Of a stretch of 64,000 bases of DNA, positions 62,213 through 64,000 are shown piece by piece. Below the pieces are notes generated by a model. The model searched no databases, was not told the DNA's origin, and was given only the letters and a program-made list of their open reading frames with translations. Position 1 is the stretch's first letter; each line of letters begins with the position of its first letter. The position numbers and the translations under genes were made by a program. This DNA comes from Octopus sinensis (taxonomy: Eukaryota): the NCBI RefSeq assembly GCF_006345805.1, contig NC_043009.1, positions 18,290,001 to 18,354,000 on the forward strand, given 5' to 3'.

Positions 62213-62580
62213 TATGATATAATTACATATTATATTTTATATTTTATATTTCTATTTCCTTGTCTAATTATATTTACAATATATTTTGGATAATGCCTTT
62301 ACTGTTATGTAATGGTGTAATAAAGTATTGATTGGGTATCATCTGTTGGTTGATGTTTGATTGATTTAAGTATGTTTCTCCATTTTCTAATTTTGTAGAA
62401 TTAATTTACGGTAATATTTTTACCTTTGCCCATATAATACAGTAGATGGACTAATTGCTTGGCAATTTTTAACATTTATGTATTAGTCTTGTTGGGTACT
62501 TCTCTAGCAGTATATTGGATATATGTTATCCCATGGTGGGTTGAATTTTCAACCCCTATCTCATTTTATAACTAATATAT

Positions 62581-62611
<31 letters not shown>

Positions 62612-63123
62612 TAATAAATAAAATAAAACATATGCATATATATAAACATATATGTACTACCTACCTTTACATGTACATATACACGCATATATGAGTACAG
62701 GACACCAAAAAGACGTCGAACACAATGAGAAACGAAAATATAGACACAAACCAAAGGAACTGGATTTTTTTTTAAAACAACAAAAAAAAATAGAGTACAG
62801 GACAATTAACACAAATAAAAAATCCCTTCTTCAGTCGCTATGGTTTCATATACTCTACGTTTCGAAGGTGAAAGCGAGACGTATCTTCGACAAGAAACTT
62901 TCCTTCCTGCGAAAAGCAAATCAATTAAAATTCTGAGATCTTTTCGCAGAGGGGTAAAAAATGGTAACAAAACCAGGACAGTAACGACAGTACAAATTAT
63001 AAACAGTAAAAGACAGGACAAGGAAAAATAAGATAAGGAGGGCTGTTAACGCCGAACGAAAAAAAGTATTGCGAACGCGGATTTTTTTATGAACGACGAG
63101 CGGAGCAAAAAGAATTGTCGTCC

Positions 63124-63165
<42 letters not shown>

Positions 63166-63171
<6 letters not shown>

Positions 63172-63379
63172 GCGACAGAAATAACTCCCACATTTGAAAG
63201 GTTGACAAAAAGAAAAAGAAACAACGTTTATGAAAATTAAGTTTACTGTTGTTTAAACACATGGTTACAGTTTTGTTTATTAGTTAAATGATAACATCAT
63301 TGGCACTTGCATAATTGCATAAGTTCATTAGCAACATATAGGTGAAAGTTTAAAATGTGGGAGGTATTTCTGTCACACC

Positions 63380-63382
<3 letters not shown>
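63166..63382. mobile_element. Tc1/mariner-type MITE (217 bp)
   Basis: 30-bp TIRs (tagggtgcgacagaaataactcccacattt / aaatgtgggaggtatttctgtcacaccctg, 3 mismatches) embedded in (TA)n. Confidence 0.9.
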
Positions 63383-63424
<42 letters not shown>

Positions 63425-63480
63425 ATCCAAACAAGAAATCACAAAAAACACATCACGAGGACGTGGAACAAATATAGTAT

Positions 63481-63514
<34 letters not shown>

Positions 63515-63584
63515 ATGGAAATGGCAAGACAACAATATATATATAATAAGAGTCTTTCGCCAATTTTCGCTATAAGTCCTTCAT

Positions 63585-64000
63585 TCTTCTTTTGGATCGG
63601 ATTTGCTCAGAGTTCCAATATCAATTTTCGGCAGAAAATGTGTGATATGATAAAAAGCTTTTCCCTTCTAAACTATAAAAGAGACCACTCTCTCAACATT
63701 TATGGCTAGAGCATACCAATTGCACCTTGACATTTTGAAGAGACAATACACAGTGCAAAGCGTTTCATCGAGCAGAACTCAGGTAATTTGAACTCATTTA
63801 TCGAGTTACTTGCAATTTTGCATCCCCACACTGATGACTACTGCAAAATGCTGCAACGTGGCCAGTAAGCAGATCTGACTGTGAACGCAGTTTTCTCGAT
63901 CTGTGGAGAATCAATGCATAGCTGCTGAATTCTATCATGGACCAGATAATTAATAGGGAACATGCCGAAAACTTTGATTGTTTCTCGCTGAAACGGCAAA
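63585..64000 (+). pseudogene. hAT transposase C-terminal remnant
   Basis: LDRICSEFQYQFSAEN, then LQNAATWPVSRSDCERSFLDLWRINA*LLNS (PVSS..CERSFS pattern). Confidence 0.72.

Larger units (their letters stand above)
61157..62565. mobile_element. PLE-derived element: two inverted pseudo-LTR arms of about 495 bp
   Basis: 61157-61652 and 61906-62398 are near-identical reverse complements; the right arm continues to 62565 with homology to 2860-3005. Confidence 0.9.

Overview
Repeat-saturated, AT-rich animal DNA with no recognisable host protein-coding exon, rRNA, intact tRNA gene or CRISPR array; probably intronic or intergenic. The SINE families and the extreme (TA)n/(CA)n/(TATG)n density look like an Octopus (coleoid cephalopod) genome, an assignment made from pattern recall rather than a search. 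Nearly all long ORFs in the track (YIHT, MYVC, YIYI, HTHT repeats) are microsatellite artefacts. The real coding remnants all belong to transposons: several mariner/maT fragments, two decayed hAT transposases, CR1/L2-, RTE- and Tx1/L1-like LINE pieces, and at least five Penelope-like element (PLE) fragments. Non-coding elements include non-autonomous Helitron-like elements, tRNA-derived SINEs, Tc1- and piggyBac-type MITEs and a foldback element. The most notable signal is invisible in the ORF track. About 15 hammerhead-ribozyme (HHR) motifs from roughly six sequence families occur in the window, several with an intact core, and four loci carry them as inverted pairs. One sits in a composite element built of a tRNA-like B-box head, a (TAA)n tract and a hammerhead tail, i.e. 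a candidate ribozyme-bearing, PLE-mobilised SINE. Coordinates of decayed repeats are approximate (about 10-20 bp); all folds were read by eye, not computed.
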